From positions 1-47,851 of IMG/VR virus record IMGVR_UViG_3300027586_000767: a stretch of 47,851 nucleotides of DNA, one strand, 5' to 3'. Position numbers and translations under genes: made by a program. This document shows, in pieces, positions 8,391 through 17,048 of this stretch; position 1 is the stretch's first letter, and every line of letters begins with the position of its first letter. Below the pieces are notes generated by a model. It saw nothing but the letters and a program-made list of their open reading frames with translations. It was not told the DNA's origin and ran no database searches. The stretch is from a virus. Taxonomy: Duplodnaviria > Caudoviricetes.

Positions 8391-8419
8391 TTGACAATAA
8401 ATCAGTTTGGGTATATAAT
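8391..8419 (+). promoter_or_regulatory. sigma70 early promoter, cassette family
   Basis: TTGACA-ATAAATCAGTTTGGGTA-TATAAT. Confidence 0.9.
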
Positions 8420-8451
8420 AACATCTTAGACAGTAAAGAAAAGGAAACGAA

Positions 8452-8694
8452 ATGACTACAATCACACTTGATATCTCTTATGGTATGTTCTCTGACGAAG
8501 GTAACATGGCTGTTCACGGTATTGTGACAACTGCCAAAAGTCAAAATCTGTCATGGAAACAGACTTTCAAGGCATTGCGTGACTTGGCTGATTCTAATCC
8601 TGACATGTTCGGTGAGGCAATGGACACAATGGTTCGTGAATATGTCTATGATGCTATCGGTGCCGACAAGCGCGGTGAATGTTTTTACATCTAA
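8452..8694 (+). CDS. Hypothetical early protein
   Basis: AAGGA RBS. Confidence 0.75.
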   Translation: MTTITLDISYGMFSDEGNMAVHGIVTTAKSQNLSWKQTFKALRDLADSNPDMFGEAMDTMVREYVYDAIGADKRGECFYI

Positions 8695-8703
8695 GGAACA
8701 AAC

Positions 8704-8970
8704 ATGACTAAAAAAATCTCCATCAAAGTTTTTGCAGATCCTGGTCATGCTTGGGCACGTTTTCCCAAAGCTAGGTTACTGACACTTGGTATTGCCGACA
8801 AAATTAGTACTTATAGTTACATGAATGGTAGCAATGCATTTCTGGAAGAGGATTGTGACTTATCAATATTGATTAGTGCTCTCCGTGTGCGTGGTTATGA
8901 AATTAAATTCAACGAAAGTCACACCAACCGTCAAAGCAAAATCCGAAATTATTCTACCTATAAGGCTTGA
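8704..8970 (+). CDS. Conserved phage protein (DPGHAW...LEEDCD type)
   Basis: AAGGA RBS; recognisable motif. Confidence 0.75.
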   Translation: MTKKISIKVFADPGHAWARFPKARLLTLGIADKISTYSYMNGSNAFLEEDCDLSILISALRVRGYEIKFNESHTNRQSKIRNYSTYKA

Positions 8971-8995
8971 CAATAAATCACTTTGGGTATATAAT
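8967..8995 (+). promoter_or_regulatory. sigma70 early promoter, cassette family
   Basis: TTGACA-ATAAATCACTTTGGGTA-TATAAT. Confidence 0.9.
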
Positions 8996-9029
8996 AGAGT
9001 CTTATTCAGTCAAACAACAGGAGTTAAAC

Positions 9030-9296
9030 ATGCAAGCACTTCAAAAATACATCGACCAACAAAACAAATGGAACGCTATGTTCAAGGGTCGCCAATATGA
9101 AATTGAAACCCGTGAGGGTCGTAAACAAGTGGCAGAAATGATTGATTCAGCACTGAGTCCTGAAAATCTTTCCTGCGATGGCGAACTGCCCCGTAGTCAA
9201 GTACAAGCCCGTTATCGTCAATTGACAGGTGCCGCTAAAGACCTCATCAAGTTGGATCCTAGCGTTGCTCAATACATGTACGAATTTTCGGAGTAA
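9030..9296 (+). CDS. Conserved phage early protein (LSPENLSCDGE motif)
   Basis: AGGAG RBS before ATG 9030. Confidence 0.75.
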   Translation: MQALQKYIDQQNKWNAMFKGRQYEIETREGRKQVAEMIDSALSPENLSCDGELPRSQVQARYRQLTGAAKDLIKLDPSVAQYMYEFSE

Positions 9297-9301
9297 TAAT
9301 C

Positions 9302-9517
9302 ATGGAAAAAATTGCTGTTATGATTGGAGCAATTGTCATTGCTATTGCAGGACTATTGTTACTTAGTTTCTTACTAAGTTGGCCGGTGTACATGCTTTGG
9401 AATGGTTGCTTGGTTGGAGCCGTTGCAGGAGTTAGTGAAGTGTCCTGGTTACAGGCGTGGGGCATTACGGTGTTGTTTGGATTTTTGTTTAAAACTACGG
9501 TGAGCAATTCAAAATGA
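9302..9517 (+). CDS. Small membrane protein
   Basis: GGAG RBS; two TM helices. Confidence 0.7.
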   Translation: MEKIAVMIGAIVIAIAGLLLLSFLLSWPVYMLWNGCLVGAVAGVSEVSWLQAWGITVLFGFLFKTTVSNSK

Positions 9518-9684
9518 CTAATGCAGAAAAAATGAAATTGGCTATTGAGAGGCTAGAAGAAGCCCAAACATTAATGATTGATTCATTGGGTGATTTGGAT
9601 TTTGTACAAGATCACCTTATTTTAATCGATACCATAATTGAAGAATTATCATACTACAGACTTGAGGAATTACAAAATGAGTAA
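9514..9684 (+). CDS. 56-aa hypothetical protein (not in ORF track)
   Basis: MTNAEKMKLAIERLEEAQ...; ATGA coupling. Confidence 0.6.
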   Translation: MTNAEKMKLAIERLEEAQTLMIDSLGDLDFVQDHLILIDTIIEELSYYRLEELQNE

Positions 9685-9847
9685 AATGGCTGATTTAAGT
9701 TTAGAAATCCAATTGATGTTGGAGGACGGTGTACACCCTACCTCAATTGCCAAAAGACTTGATATACCATTGAGTTGGGTGTATGATACACTTGAACAGA
9801 TGGAACCTAGTGAAGAATTGAGCCCTTTTGCTACACTAAATTCATAA
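9677..9847 (+). CDS. Small HTH-like protein
   Basis: GVHPTSIAKRLDIPLSWV; GAGGA RBS. Confidence 0.6.
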   Translation: MSKMADLSLEIQLMLEDGVHPTSIAKRLDIPLSWVYDTLEQMEPSEELSPFATLNS

Positions 9848-9859
9848 TAGGAAAGTTAA

Positions 9860-10927
9860 ATGAGTTATTTTTTGAAGTCTGGTAACACCTACCGTGTTGC
9901 TAGCGATGAGGCAATGGATATTCAACGTAAGCTACCTGCGGGTAACTATGTTATTAAACTGAATGAAATGTCCGGTGAATTATACTTAGAGGGTATTGAT
10001 AATTTCAATATTCCAAATAAAATGTATGGCAATTGTCTAAAACACACTGATAAGATTATCCGAACCTTCATGGATCGGGATAACGCAACCGGTGTAATGA
10101 TGACCGGTGAAAAAGGTAGTGGTAAAACATTGCTTACCAAGAATGTTTCTATTCAATTAGCTAAACAGGGTATCCCTACAATAGTTATCAATGCTCCTTG
10201 GAGTGGTGATAAGTTTAACACATTCATTCAAAATATTGAACAGCCTTGTGCTATTCTATTTGATGAATTTGAAAAGACCTACAATGAACGTGATGAACAG
10301 GAAGCTATTCTGACATTGTTAGATGGTGTGTTCCCTACTAAAAAGTTATTCATGTTAACATGCAATGACAAGTGGCGCATTGATTCTCACATGCGTAACC
10401 GTCCAGGTCGTATTTTCTATATGATAGATTTCAAAGGGTTAGATGAAATATTTATCCGTGAATACTGTTATGACAATCTTAAGGACGCAAGCCTAAAGAA
10501 TATTGACAGCATGGTAAATATCGGTAGTTTGTTTGCTGAATTCAATTTTGATATGTTGAAGGCAATCGTTGAAGAAATGAACCGCTACAACGAATCTCCG
10601 CAAGAGGCACTAGAAATGCTTAACGCTAAGCCTGAATTTGATAGTGGTACTGAGTATAACGTTAAAATTGTACACAACGGTAAAGAAATTAAAGAGCCCC
10701 GCCGAGATAAGTTTGAAGGTAACCCACTTCAACCAAAAGGTGTTGTTATTGAATTTGACAGTGATCCTGATGATGATAACAGCGAGTACATTTGGAAGAC
10801 TTTCAAGCCTGATGCATTGATTCACGTTGACGGTCGTAAAGGTGAATTCACTTTCAAAGACAACGGAACCACTGTTGTTCTTTCAAGAATTGAAAAGAAA
10901 ACATACCATATGTACGATGCTTTTTGA
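9860..10927 (+). CDS. AAA+ ATPase
   Basis: Walker A GEKGSGKT, Walker B ILFDEFEK, NRPGR arginine finger. Confidence 0.9.
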   Translation: MSYFLKSGNTYRVASDEAMDIQRKLPAGNYVIKLNEMSGELYLEGIDNFNIPNKMYGNCLKHTDKIIRTFMDRDNATGVMMTGEKGSGKTLLTKNVSIQLAKQGIPTIVINAPWSGDKFNTFIQNIEQPCAILFDEFEKTYNERDEQEAILTLLDGVFPTKKLFMLTCNDKWRIDSHMRNRPGRIFYMIDFKGLDEIFIREYCYDNLKDASLKNIDSMVNIGSLFAEFNFDMLKAIVEEMNRYNESPQEALEMLNAKPEFDSGTEYNVKIVHNGKEIKEPRRDKFEGNPLQPKGVVIEFDSDPDDDNSEYIWKTFKPDALIHVDGRKGEFTFKDNGTTVVLSRIEKKTYHMYDAF

Positions 10928-10947
10928 AACTAAAAGTATACACTTTT

Positions 10948-10974
10948 AAAAGAGTACAAAAGTACTCTTTTTTT
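10948..10974 (+). terminator. Hairpin terminator or operator upstream of promoter
   Basis: AAAAGAGTAC-AAAA-GTACTCTTTT plus T tract. Confidence 0.6.
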
Positions 10975-10976
10975 GG

Positions 10977-11005
10977 TTGACAATAAATCAATTCGGGTAT
11001 ATAAT
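10977..11005 (+). promoter_or_regulatory. sigma70 early promoter, cassette family
   Basis: TTGACA-ATAAATCAATTCGGGTA-TATAAT. Confidence 0.9.
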
Positions 11006-11035
11006 ACATGTATTGAATCGAAAAAAGGAACTGAA

Positions 11036-11203
11036 ATGAAACTAGAAACTGCTCTGAACGTGATCCATAAAGAAGGTAAATTCTTAGGATTGACTTCCTT
11101 CGCAATGATGCAATTCATTGCAAAGAATCCCTTAGCACAACCTAAAAAGACATTAGAAGCCTTTAAGGTTGTAAAAGAAAGTGTTACAAATACTTTTGAA
11201 TAA
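11036..11203 (+). CDS. Hypothetical early protein
   Basis: AAGGA RBS before ATG 11036. Confidence 0.65.
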   Translation: MKLETALNVIHKEGKFLGLTSFAMMQFIAKNPLAQPKKTLEAFKVVKESVTNTFE

Positions 11204-11208
11204 AACGG

Positions 11209-11237
11209 TTGACAATAAATCGGTTTGGGTATATAAT
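11209..11237 (+). promoter_or_regulatory. sigma70 early promoter, cassette family
   Basis: TTGACA-ATAAATCGGTTTGGGTA-TATAAT. Confidence 0.9.
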
Positions 11238-11270
11238 AGAATCTTAAACAGTCGAAACAAGGAGTAACAA

Positions 11271-11684
11271 ATGGCTTACATGTCTCAGGAACGCAAATCA
11301 GAAATCGCCCCTAAAGTTAAATCCATTCTGAAAAAGTTTGGTATCAAGGGCTCACTGAGTGTCCGTCATCATTCAACCCTGTCACTGACCCTGAAGTCAG
11401 GTAAGATTGATTTTATCGGTAATAGTAATCGTGTTTGCGGCAATGATTTTTATCAGGTTGCAAAAGGTTTCAAACCTAACACAAATGGTTACGATTCTAT
11501 CAACCCTTACTGGTTCCATGAACACTACGACGGTGATGCTAAGGCATTCTTGACCGAAGTAATGGAAGCAATGAACGACGGTAATTGGGACAAGAGCGAT
11601 ATTCAATCCGACTACTTTAACGTAGGTTGGTATGTTGACGTTAATATCGGCAAGTGGAATGCTAATTACGTGGTAGAGGCTTAA
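11271..11684 (+). CDS. Conserved phage early protein (LPD29-like C-terminus)
   Basis: AAGGAG RBS; SDIQSDYFNVGWYV motif. Confidence 0.7.
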   Translation: MAYMSQERKSEIAPKVKSILKKFGIKGSLSVRHHSTLSLTLKSGKIDFIGNSNRVCGNDFYQVAKGFKPNTNGYDSINPYWFHEHYDGDAKAFLTEVMEAMNDGNWDKSDIQSDYFNVGWYVDVNIGKWNANYVVEA

Positions 11685-11685
11685 T

Positions 11686-11829
11686 ATGAATCGGTATCGT
11701 GTACGTGTTTTTATGAACGAATCATTTTGGCAAGATATGGTCCTTTCAGGTGACAACTGTTGGATCGCCGAAAAAATTGGTATCGGTATGAGTCCAATTG
11801 GCAAGGCCCATTTTTTGGGCGAAGCCTAA
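11686..11829 (+). CDS. 47-aa hypothetical protein (not in ORF track)
   Basis: MNRYRVRVFMNESFWQDMVLSGD...; GAGG RBS. Confidence 0.55.
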   Translation: MNRYRVRVFMNESFWQDMVLSGDNCWIAEKIGIGMSPIGKAHFLGEA

Positions 11830-11851
11830 ACGATTTTGGTAACATAAGTGG

Positions 11852-11880
11852 TTGACAATAAAGACTCTTTGTGTTATCAT
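11852..11880 (+). promoter_or_regulatory. sigma70 promoter
   Basis: TTGACA-ATAAAGACTCTTTGTGT-TATCAT with TGn. Confidence 0.75.
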
Positions 11881-11938
11881 TATAACTGTGCTGAAAAGCA
11901 TATTTTATCAACTAGCTATATTTTTTAAAGGAAACAAA

Positions 11939-12322
11939 ATGGCTAATCAAACTTTCAAAGTCGCAGGTATTACAGTTCATAACGGTAACGCTAAGGTCCG
12001 TTTCACAGATGACATGGTTCGCCGTGTTAAACAATTCTCTAAGGGTGGTGCCACTCGCATTGACCTGATTGAGTTGCCTAGTGAGATGTCTAAGGTAGAG
12101 GCACTTACATATTTGTCTAATCATGCAGATTTCCAAAGTCCTAGTGACTTAGCAACCATCTGTGATGCACTGTCCGATCGTGTGCTAGAGGCAAACAAGG
12201 GTACTGTTAAAGTTCGTATTACTAAGGCTGCTAAGCCTAGTCTTGCTAGCATCAAGGCTCGTGGTAAGAAAGAAATTACTGCTGAACAACTATTGGCAGA
12301 AGTCGGTGTAGCAACCGTTTAA
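11939..12322 (+). CDS. Hypothetical basic protein
   Basis: AAGGA RBS before ATG 11939; biased codon use (GCT/AAG/CGT). Confidence 0.75.
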   Translation: MANQTFKVAGITVHNGNAKVRFTDDMVRRVKQFSKGGATRIDLIELPSEMSKVEALTYLSNHADFQSPSDLATICDALSDRVLEANKGTVKVRITKAAKPSLASIKARGKKEITAEQLLAEVGVATV

Positions 12323-12328
12323 GTAATC

Positions 12329-12350
12329 AAAGGCGCATTAGCGCCTTTCT
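12329..12350 (+). terminator. Probable terminator
   Basis: AAAGGCGC-ATTA-GCGCCTTT-CT. Confidence 0.6.
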
Positions 12351-12372
12351 CCATTTATAAAAAGGAAATAAA

Positions 12373-12561
12373 ATGAAATTAAGCGATAAAATTGAAAAGG
12401 TTAGCGATAGCCTTACTATTAATATGTATGATAATGGCTTTATGGTTGAAGTGTCCGGTCGTGATAGCGAATCTGATTGGAAAACTGCAAAGATTATGTG
12501 TCCAACTTTGGATGAAGTGGTCGCTGTCCTTAAAGAAGCCAGTAACATGGAACGTGACTGA
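12373..12561 (+). CDS. Hypothetical protein
   Basis: AAGGA RBS. Confidence 0.7.
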   Translation: MKLSDKIEKVSDSLTINMYDNGFMVEVSGRDSESDWKTAKIMCPTLDEVVAVLKEASNMERD

Positions 12562-12563
12562 TA

Positions 12564-12785
12564 ATGGCTATATTTGATAATTGGACAACACTCAGTGACT
12601 ATTCATTAGGTCGTAGAAAATTTGATCCATCCGATGTTGCTGATTTAAAAGAATTAGCATATTTTAAAAAGAACAAGACTTGGAAAGATACATGTCCTTT
12701 TTATTTAGAATGGCCCTTTAAAGATATTGTTACTATGTGTCAGACAAAATACACTGACTATATGTTAAAAAAATTAGTCAAATAA
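12564..12785 (+). CDS. Hypothetical protein
   Basis: RRKFDP...CPFYLEWP; ends at terminator. Confidence 0.7.
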   Translation: MAIFDNWTTLSDYSLGRRKFDPSDVADLKELAYFKKNKTWKDTCPFYLEWPFKDIVTMCQTKYTDYMLKKLVK

Positions 12786-12810
12786 AAAAGCCCCTTTCGG
12801 GGCTTTTTTA
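12783..12810. terminator. Bidirectional terminator between convergent blocks
   Basis: TAAAAAAGCCCC-TTTC-GGGGCTTTTTTA. Confidence 0.9.
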
Positions 12811-14193
12811 AAATGCGCTCAGTGCGGCATAATGCCAGCCGCCACCGTAATATACAGCAAGTCTATTATTAGCTTGGTCAATAGCTATGCTACCATCTAA
12901 TATATTTTGTGTAGGCATTGAGGTACCGATAATAATATGTCCTCCGGGAACATATACAATAGACCCTCCCAATCCTGCTTGCACATAACTAGCACCATAC
13001 ACGATACCACCACTTAATACATTTCCACCAGTAACATTTCCTGTTGCAGTTATTTGTCGGTCAACGGTGACATTACCGGTGACTATTACATTACCCAAGT
13101 TAGCTGTTGCAGTAGTTTTGATGAGAGTACTTGCTATCAAGTTTGCACCTGATACATTACCATTAGTCGATATAGTTCCGGTAGTATCTATTGTTGTAAA
13201 GTTACCTGCGGCACGGGCTACAGCACCAATTGTACCGTTCACGTTGCCTAAAAGATTACCAGTAAATGTAGTTGCGGTGACGTTACCAATTGTAGCATTA
13301 CCGGTAATTACTAAGTTACCAGTGCTTGATAAATTGCCACCGGATATATTACCTGTAGCACTAATTGGACCAGTGCTAACTACGTTAGCCGATGTTATTT
13401 TTGTATATGTTACTGTACTAGGTAATTCAACATTTATTGTACCAGTTGATGTTATTGGACTACCGGTTACTGTTAATGAACTACTAGTGATATCTAGTCT
13501 GGTTACTGTGCCGAATGTAGAATTAAAAGATGCGATAGTAATCTCACCTGTATCACCGCTTAATCTTATTCCTGGACCTGCATTTAATTTAGTAACACCG
13601 GTATTTTTAATTTCTATAGTACCGGCACTTGTGACGGGACTTCCGGTAACAGCAATTCCAGTGCCATTCGCAGTTACTGCAACACTAGTAACAGTGCCAG
13701 CAGTGCTGATAGGTGATATCTTTGTAATTCTACCGTATTCATCTACTGTTAGTGTAGGTGAAATATATTCTCCGGGAGCAAAATTTGCTGTAGTAGGAAA
13801 GGATGGTAATTCTATTGATATAGTACCTGCGCTAATAATTGGACTACCGGATAAAGTAAGTGAAGTGCTAGTTACATTAACGTTAGTTACACCTGCAACA
13901 GTACCGGTGCTGTTTCCTGATACACTTATGATTATATTTCCGGTAGTGTTATCTAGTGTTATTCCTGTACCGGCAGTCAATTTAGTGACACCTGTATTTC
14001 TAATAGTTAGAGTATTCCCGCTTGCAAGGGTACTGATTCCTAAACCATTTATAATTTCTGTGTATGGACTTGCGCTATCAAACAATGTATTAAAATTGTT
14101 AACTACTTTGCGAAAAGCAGTATATAGGTCATCACTACCAGTCGCCTGATTCTCTACCCCTACGGTGATTGTTTCTTTACCTAGAATTGCCAT
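12808..14193 (-). CDS. Tail fibre or baseplate-associated structural protein
   Basis: N-terminal DDLYTAFRKVVNNFNTL motif; Gly/Thr/Asn-rich repeats (NTGVTKL.AG.GI, VTGSP.TS.GTI, TGNV.GGN); late TAAATA and AAGGA upstream. Confidence 0.8.
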   Translation of the reverse strand: MAILGKETITVGVENQATGSDDLYTAFRKVVNNFNTLFDSASPYTEIINGLGISTLASGNTLTIRNTGVTKLTAGTGITLDNTTGNIIISVSGNSTGTVAGVTNVNVTSTSLTLSGSPIISAGTISIELPSFPTTANFAPGEYISPTLTVDEYGRITKISPISTAGTVTSVAVTANGTGIAVTGSPVTSAGTIEIKNTGVTKLNAGPGIRLSGDTGEITIASFNSTFGTVTRLDITSSSLTVTGSPITSTGTINVELPSTVTYTKITSANVVSTGPISATGNISGGNLSSTGNLVITGNATIGNVTATTFTGNLLGNVNGTIGAVARAAGNFTTIDTTGTISTNGNVSGANLIASTLIKTTATANLGNVIVTGNVTVDRQITATGNVTGGNVLSGGIVYGASYVQAGLGGSIVYVPGGHIIIGTSMPTQNILDGSIAIDQANNRLAVYYGGGWHYAALSAF

Positions 14194-14243
14194 TTTTTAT
14201 CCTTATCTTGTATTTATCGTATTATTTCAAAGTGTCCTAGCTA

Positions 14244-16475
14244 CTACAATACCGCTAAATATTCTTTAAATTTAGTATGACGTTGCTGTACAACATGCTT
14301 TGGTTCATTGGCATTGATTGCTTTGACAACTTGTACGGTGTTATTAAAGTCGTCTACTTTAGGCCTAACTCGATTTTTCCAGTACCATAATGCAACTTTA
14401 GCACCAACTTCTAAACTATTACTAACTAGGTCAGGATGCTTTACTAGTCTATCATCACCAAATATCTGCTGACTGGCTTTGGTATAATTATCACGCCCTG
14501 TGAGTTGCATTGGACCACGACCTTTAAATAATTCTCCGTCACCTTTGACTTTATTACCTAATTGTTTTGCTAGAGAGCGATTTTTTTCATATCTATCAAA
14601 TTTTTTCTTGTTGCCAACTTCTTTCATCTTGGAAAAGTCCCAGCTTTCATGTCTGGTTTGTGCCATGAACTGTGCTAGTTCTACACCTTTTAGTCCTGCA
14701 GCCTTGGCAGCAGTTTGCAGTGCGGCTTCAGCATCACTATTATTGCTTAATAATATAACTCCGTCTTCCTCATCATTTGAGAACTTTGGAATCATTGATG
14801 CAAGTTTATCTTTGAATGATTGTGCAGGTTGTGCAACTTTAGCAGGCTCTTGCTTAACAGTAGGTTTTACAGTAGCAGGCATTTTACTGACAGGCTTTGA
14901 ATAATCAGGTACCTTTACTTGTTGTCCTATTTCTAATTTAGTATTACGATCCATCTTGTTGAGTTTGTATATCTCTAATGGATTTACATTGTTTTGTCTT
15001 GCTATACTGTAAACGGTATCTCCGGGTTCAACTATTTGTTGAACCATTTGAGGAACCTTTGCATTAGCACCCATTGCCATAGCGCCTGCCATTGCACCTG
15101 TTGCTAATGCAGATCTCCAATCTTCTTCTAATTCATCTTCTGTTACACCTTGCTTGCTTATTTCTTCTATATCTTCATCAGGAACAATGCGTGATGGAAT
15201 AGATTTCACACCTAATAATTTATAGGCCCAAAATCTATGATGTCCATCTAATACTTGATAACCGTTTTTATATTTGCGAACTAATAACGGGGGAAGTTTA
15301 GCGCCCTGTTTTAGTCCTGCTACTATTTTTTCAACATTGGCTCGGCTTTTTGGTTGATTCATTTTAGCATCAGGCTCAAACCCCACTAGTTGATTAGCGG
15401 GTATATCTACTATGGCTAAACTATCAAATCCGGTGTCATCTACTTCAGCTCCAAAGTAACTGGGGTCTGTGTAGAGTTTTACCTTGCCCTCCGCTACACC
15501 TTGCTTACGTGTGTAGTTGTTAAAAGTTTGAACCTGCTTGATGATTCTTGGATCTAAGATAATACCTTGCTCTGGTTCGTTGTGTGCTATCCAGCCCTTG
15601 CCATAGTCATAAACACTAGTAAAGCCCAAGTCTCTTAATATTTTATTCCAACGAATAATAGTAGATTCATCATTCTTGCTTACTTGAATTAGGCAATTAT
15701 AAATAAACCAATAAGGATCATTGTTGTATGTGCCTTCTTCTATTAATTGATTGATAACTTCTTCAGGACAATATTGACGCAGTGTTGCCTTTAATCTCTC
15801 AGGATCAACTTTTGTGTCCGGTGTCATTCGATGACTAGTATCGTATTGAAACACTTGTATGTATGGGAAATCATTACCCCATGGTAACTCCTCAGAACCA
15901 TTGACCCAATCATTGACATACGCTAATGGATAAAAGTAAATGCCCTTGGGAGTATCCTCGCTGATGCCCTTGCCAGGATTAATACCTAGTTTGGGCAACA
16001 TAGTCATGCTCAGACCCCACTCTTTTAAGTTTATGTATGGGCTGTTCAAAATGCTTTTAACTTCTCGACGGGCCGAATCGTATTTTCTATTCAGTTTTCC
16101 ACCGGCTCGGGCTTCCCAAATACGAACATCTTCTCCGCGATTCTTTTGCCAGAAATACTCACCCGATTCTTTTCCCTGGTCTGCTATCTTTGTCACATCG
16201 TAACTTTTATGTATCTCGTAACCCTTGCTTTTAACATAGTCATACATTACTTTAGCTATGCCTTGACCTCTGTATTTGTCTATTACTAACAAATCTTGAG
16301 GATCTAATTCATTACCGTCACCTTTATTAAAGACGACTGACCCCATTTCACGACCCCAATCATCAAGTGCTGATGCAACTACTTCATAACCGTCATCTCT
16401 TAGTTTCATATGAACGCCATGGAACTCTTCCGTACGGCTTTCATTGTCCTCTACAATAAATTCTCTTGCTCTCAT
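14244..16475 (-). CDS. Multidomain putative virion polyprotein: GNAT, ART-like, ParB-N, LysM, GH19
   Basis: KYRGQGIA (GNAT); GIYFYP...IILDPRIIK; PPLLV..YQVLDGHHR (ParBc); VEPGDTVYSIAR..N...L..GQ.VKVP (LysM); FMAQTRHES, GRGPMQLTGRDNY (GH19). Confidence 0.8.
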   Translation of the reverse strand: MRAREFIVEDNESRTEEFHGVHMKLRDDGYEVVASALDDWGREMGSVVFNKGDGNELDPQDLLVIDKYRGQGIAKVMYDYVKSKGYEIHKSYDVTKIADQGKESGEYFWQKNRGEDVRIWEARAGGKLNRKYDSARREVKSILNSPYINLKEWGLSMTMLPKLGINPGKGISEDTPKGIYFYPLAYVNDWVNGSEELPWGNDFPYIQVFQYDTSHRMTPDTKVDPERLKATLRQYCPEEVINQLIEEGTYNNDPYWFIYNCLIQVSKNDESTIIRWNKILRDLGFTSVYDYGKGWIAHNEPEQGIILDPRIIKQVQTFNNYTRKQGVAEGKVKLYTDPSYFGAEVDDTGFDSLAIVDIPANQLVGFEPDAKMNQPKSRANVEKIVAGLKQGAKLPPLLVRKYKNGYQVLDGHHRFWAYKLLGVKSIPSRIVPDEDIEEISKQGVTEDELEEDWRSALATGAMAGAMAMGANAKVPQMVQQIVEPGDTVYSIARQNNVNPLEIYKLNKMDRNTKLEIGQQVKVPDYSKPVSKMPATVKPTVKQEPAKVAQPAQSFKDKLASMIPKFSNDEEDGVILLSNNSDAEAALQTAAKAAGLKGVELAQFMAQTRHESWDFSKMKEVGNKKKFDRYEKNRSLAKQLGNKVKGDGELFKGRGPMQLTGRDNYTKASQQIFGDDRLVKHPDLVSNSLEVGAKVALWYWKNRVRPKVDDFNNTVQVVKAINANEPKHVVQQRHTKFKEYLAVL

Positions 16476-17023
16476 AAATTCTTACCCCACCTAGTGTTAA
16501 TGTGACTCCAGTTCATTATCTTCCAAATGTTTTCTAAGTACTGTCTCTTATCAGCTTGATAGTCTAACGCCCAGGCATGTTCCCACCAGTCAACTAGAAT
16601 AAGAATATCATCACGAACCTCGTGGTTAACAATAGTCTTTATCTCACCTGTATAACTCATATAAATCCAACCACTACCTTGTATCTTCATGGCTTCTTGT
16701 TTGAATTGTTCTTTAAAGTCTCTCCACCAATCATACTTACGTTTAATAATCCCCAGTACAGGGCCATTAGGAGTGTTATCTTCTTTTGGTGGATGAAACT
16801 GGCTGAAATAAATGTTATGCAGAACTGCGCCTGCATAGTTGAAATCTTTATCACCCTCACCCTTGTTGTATCGGGATGCATATCCATGGGCTAAATCCCC
16901 ATAGTGATAATCTAGTGTTTTCTTACTAAGTACCGGATTGAGGTCGGAACGGTCATAGGATAGTTTGTTTATCTCTACATTTTTTGTTCGGGATTCACTG
17001 ATTTTCTCTACAATATCGTACAT
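16472..17023 (-). CDS. sod: Fe/Mn superoxide dismutase
   Basis: YHY, LHNIYF, QGSGW, DWWEHAW metal-ligand motifs. Confidence 0.92.
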   Translation of the reverse strand: MYDIVEKISESRTKNVEINKLSYDRSDLNPVLSKKTLDYHYGDLAHGYASRYNKGEGDKDFNYAGAVLHNIYFSQFHPPKEDNTPNGPVLGIIKRKYDWWRDFKEQFKQEAMKIQGSGWIYMSYTGEIKTIVNHEVRDDILILVDWWEHAWALDYQADKRQYLENIWKIMNWSHINTRWGKNL

Positions 17024-17048
17024 AGTAGAGTATTTATCGCAACTCAGG

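Noticed and set aside
7990-11270. Repeats with variable intervening sequence as a CRISPR array
   Set aside because: Intervals are hundreds of bp to about 2 kb and encode ORFs; repeats are promoters; no cas genes
8967-11938. Listed ORF starts at 8967, 10973 and 11852 (also 28375, 33589, 43449)
   Set aside because: They begin in or read through promoter sequence; SD-linked ATGs or a better ORF lie downstream
13067-14149. 360-aa + strand ORF
   Set aside because: Antisense shadow of the repetitive Gly/Thr/Asn-rich tail fibre gene; no RBS, and V/P/L-rich composition typical of reverse frames
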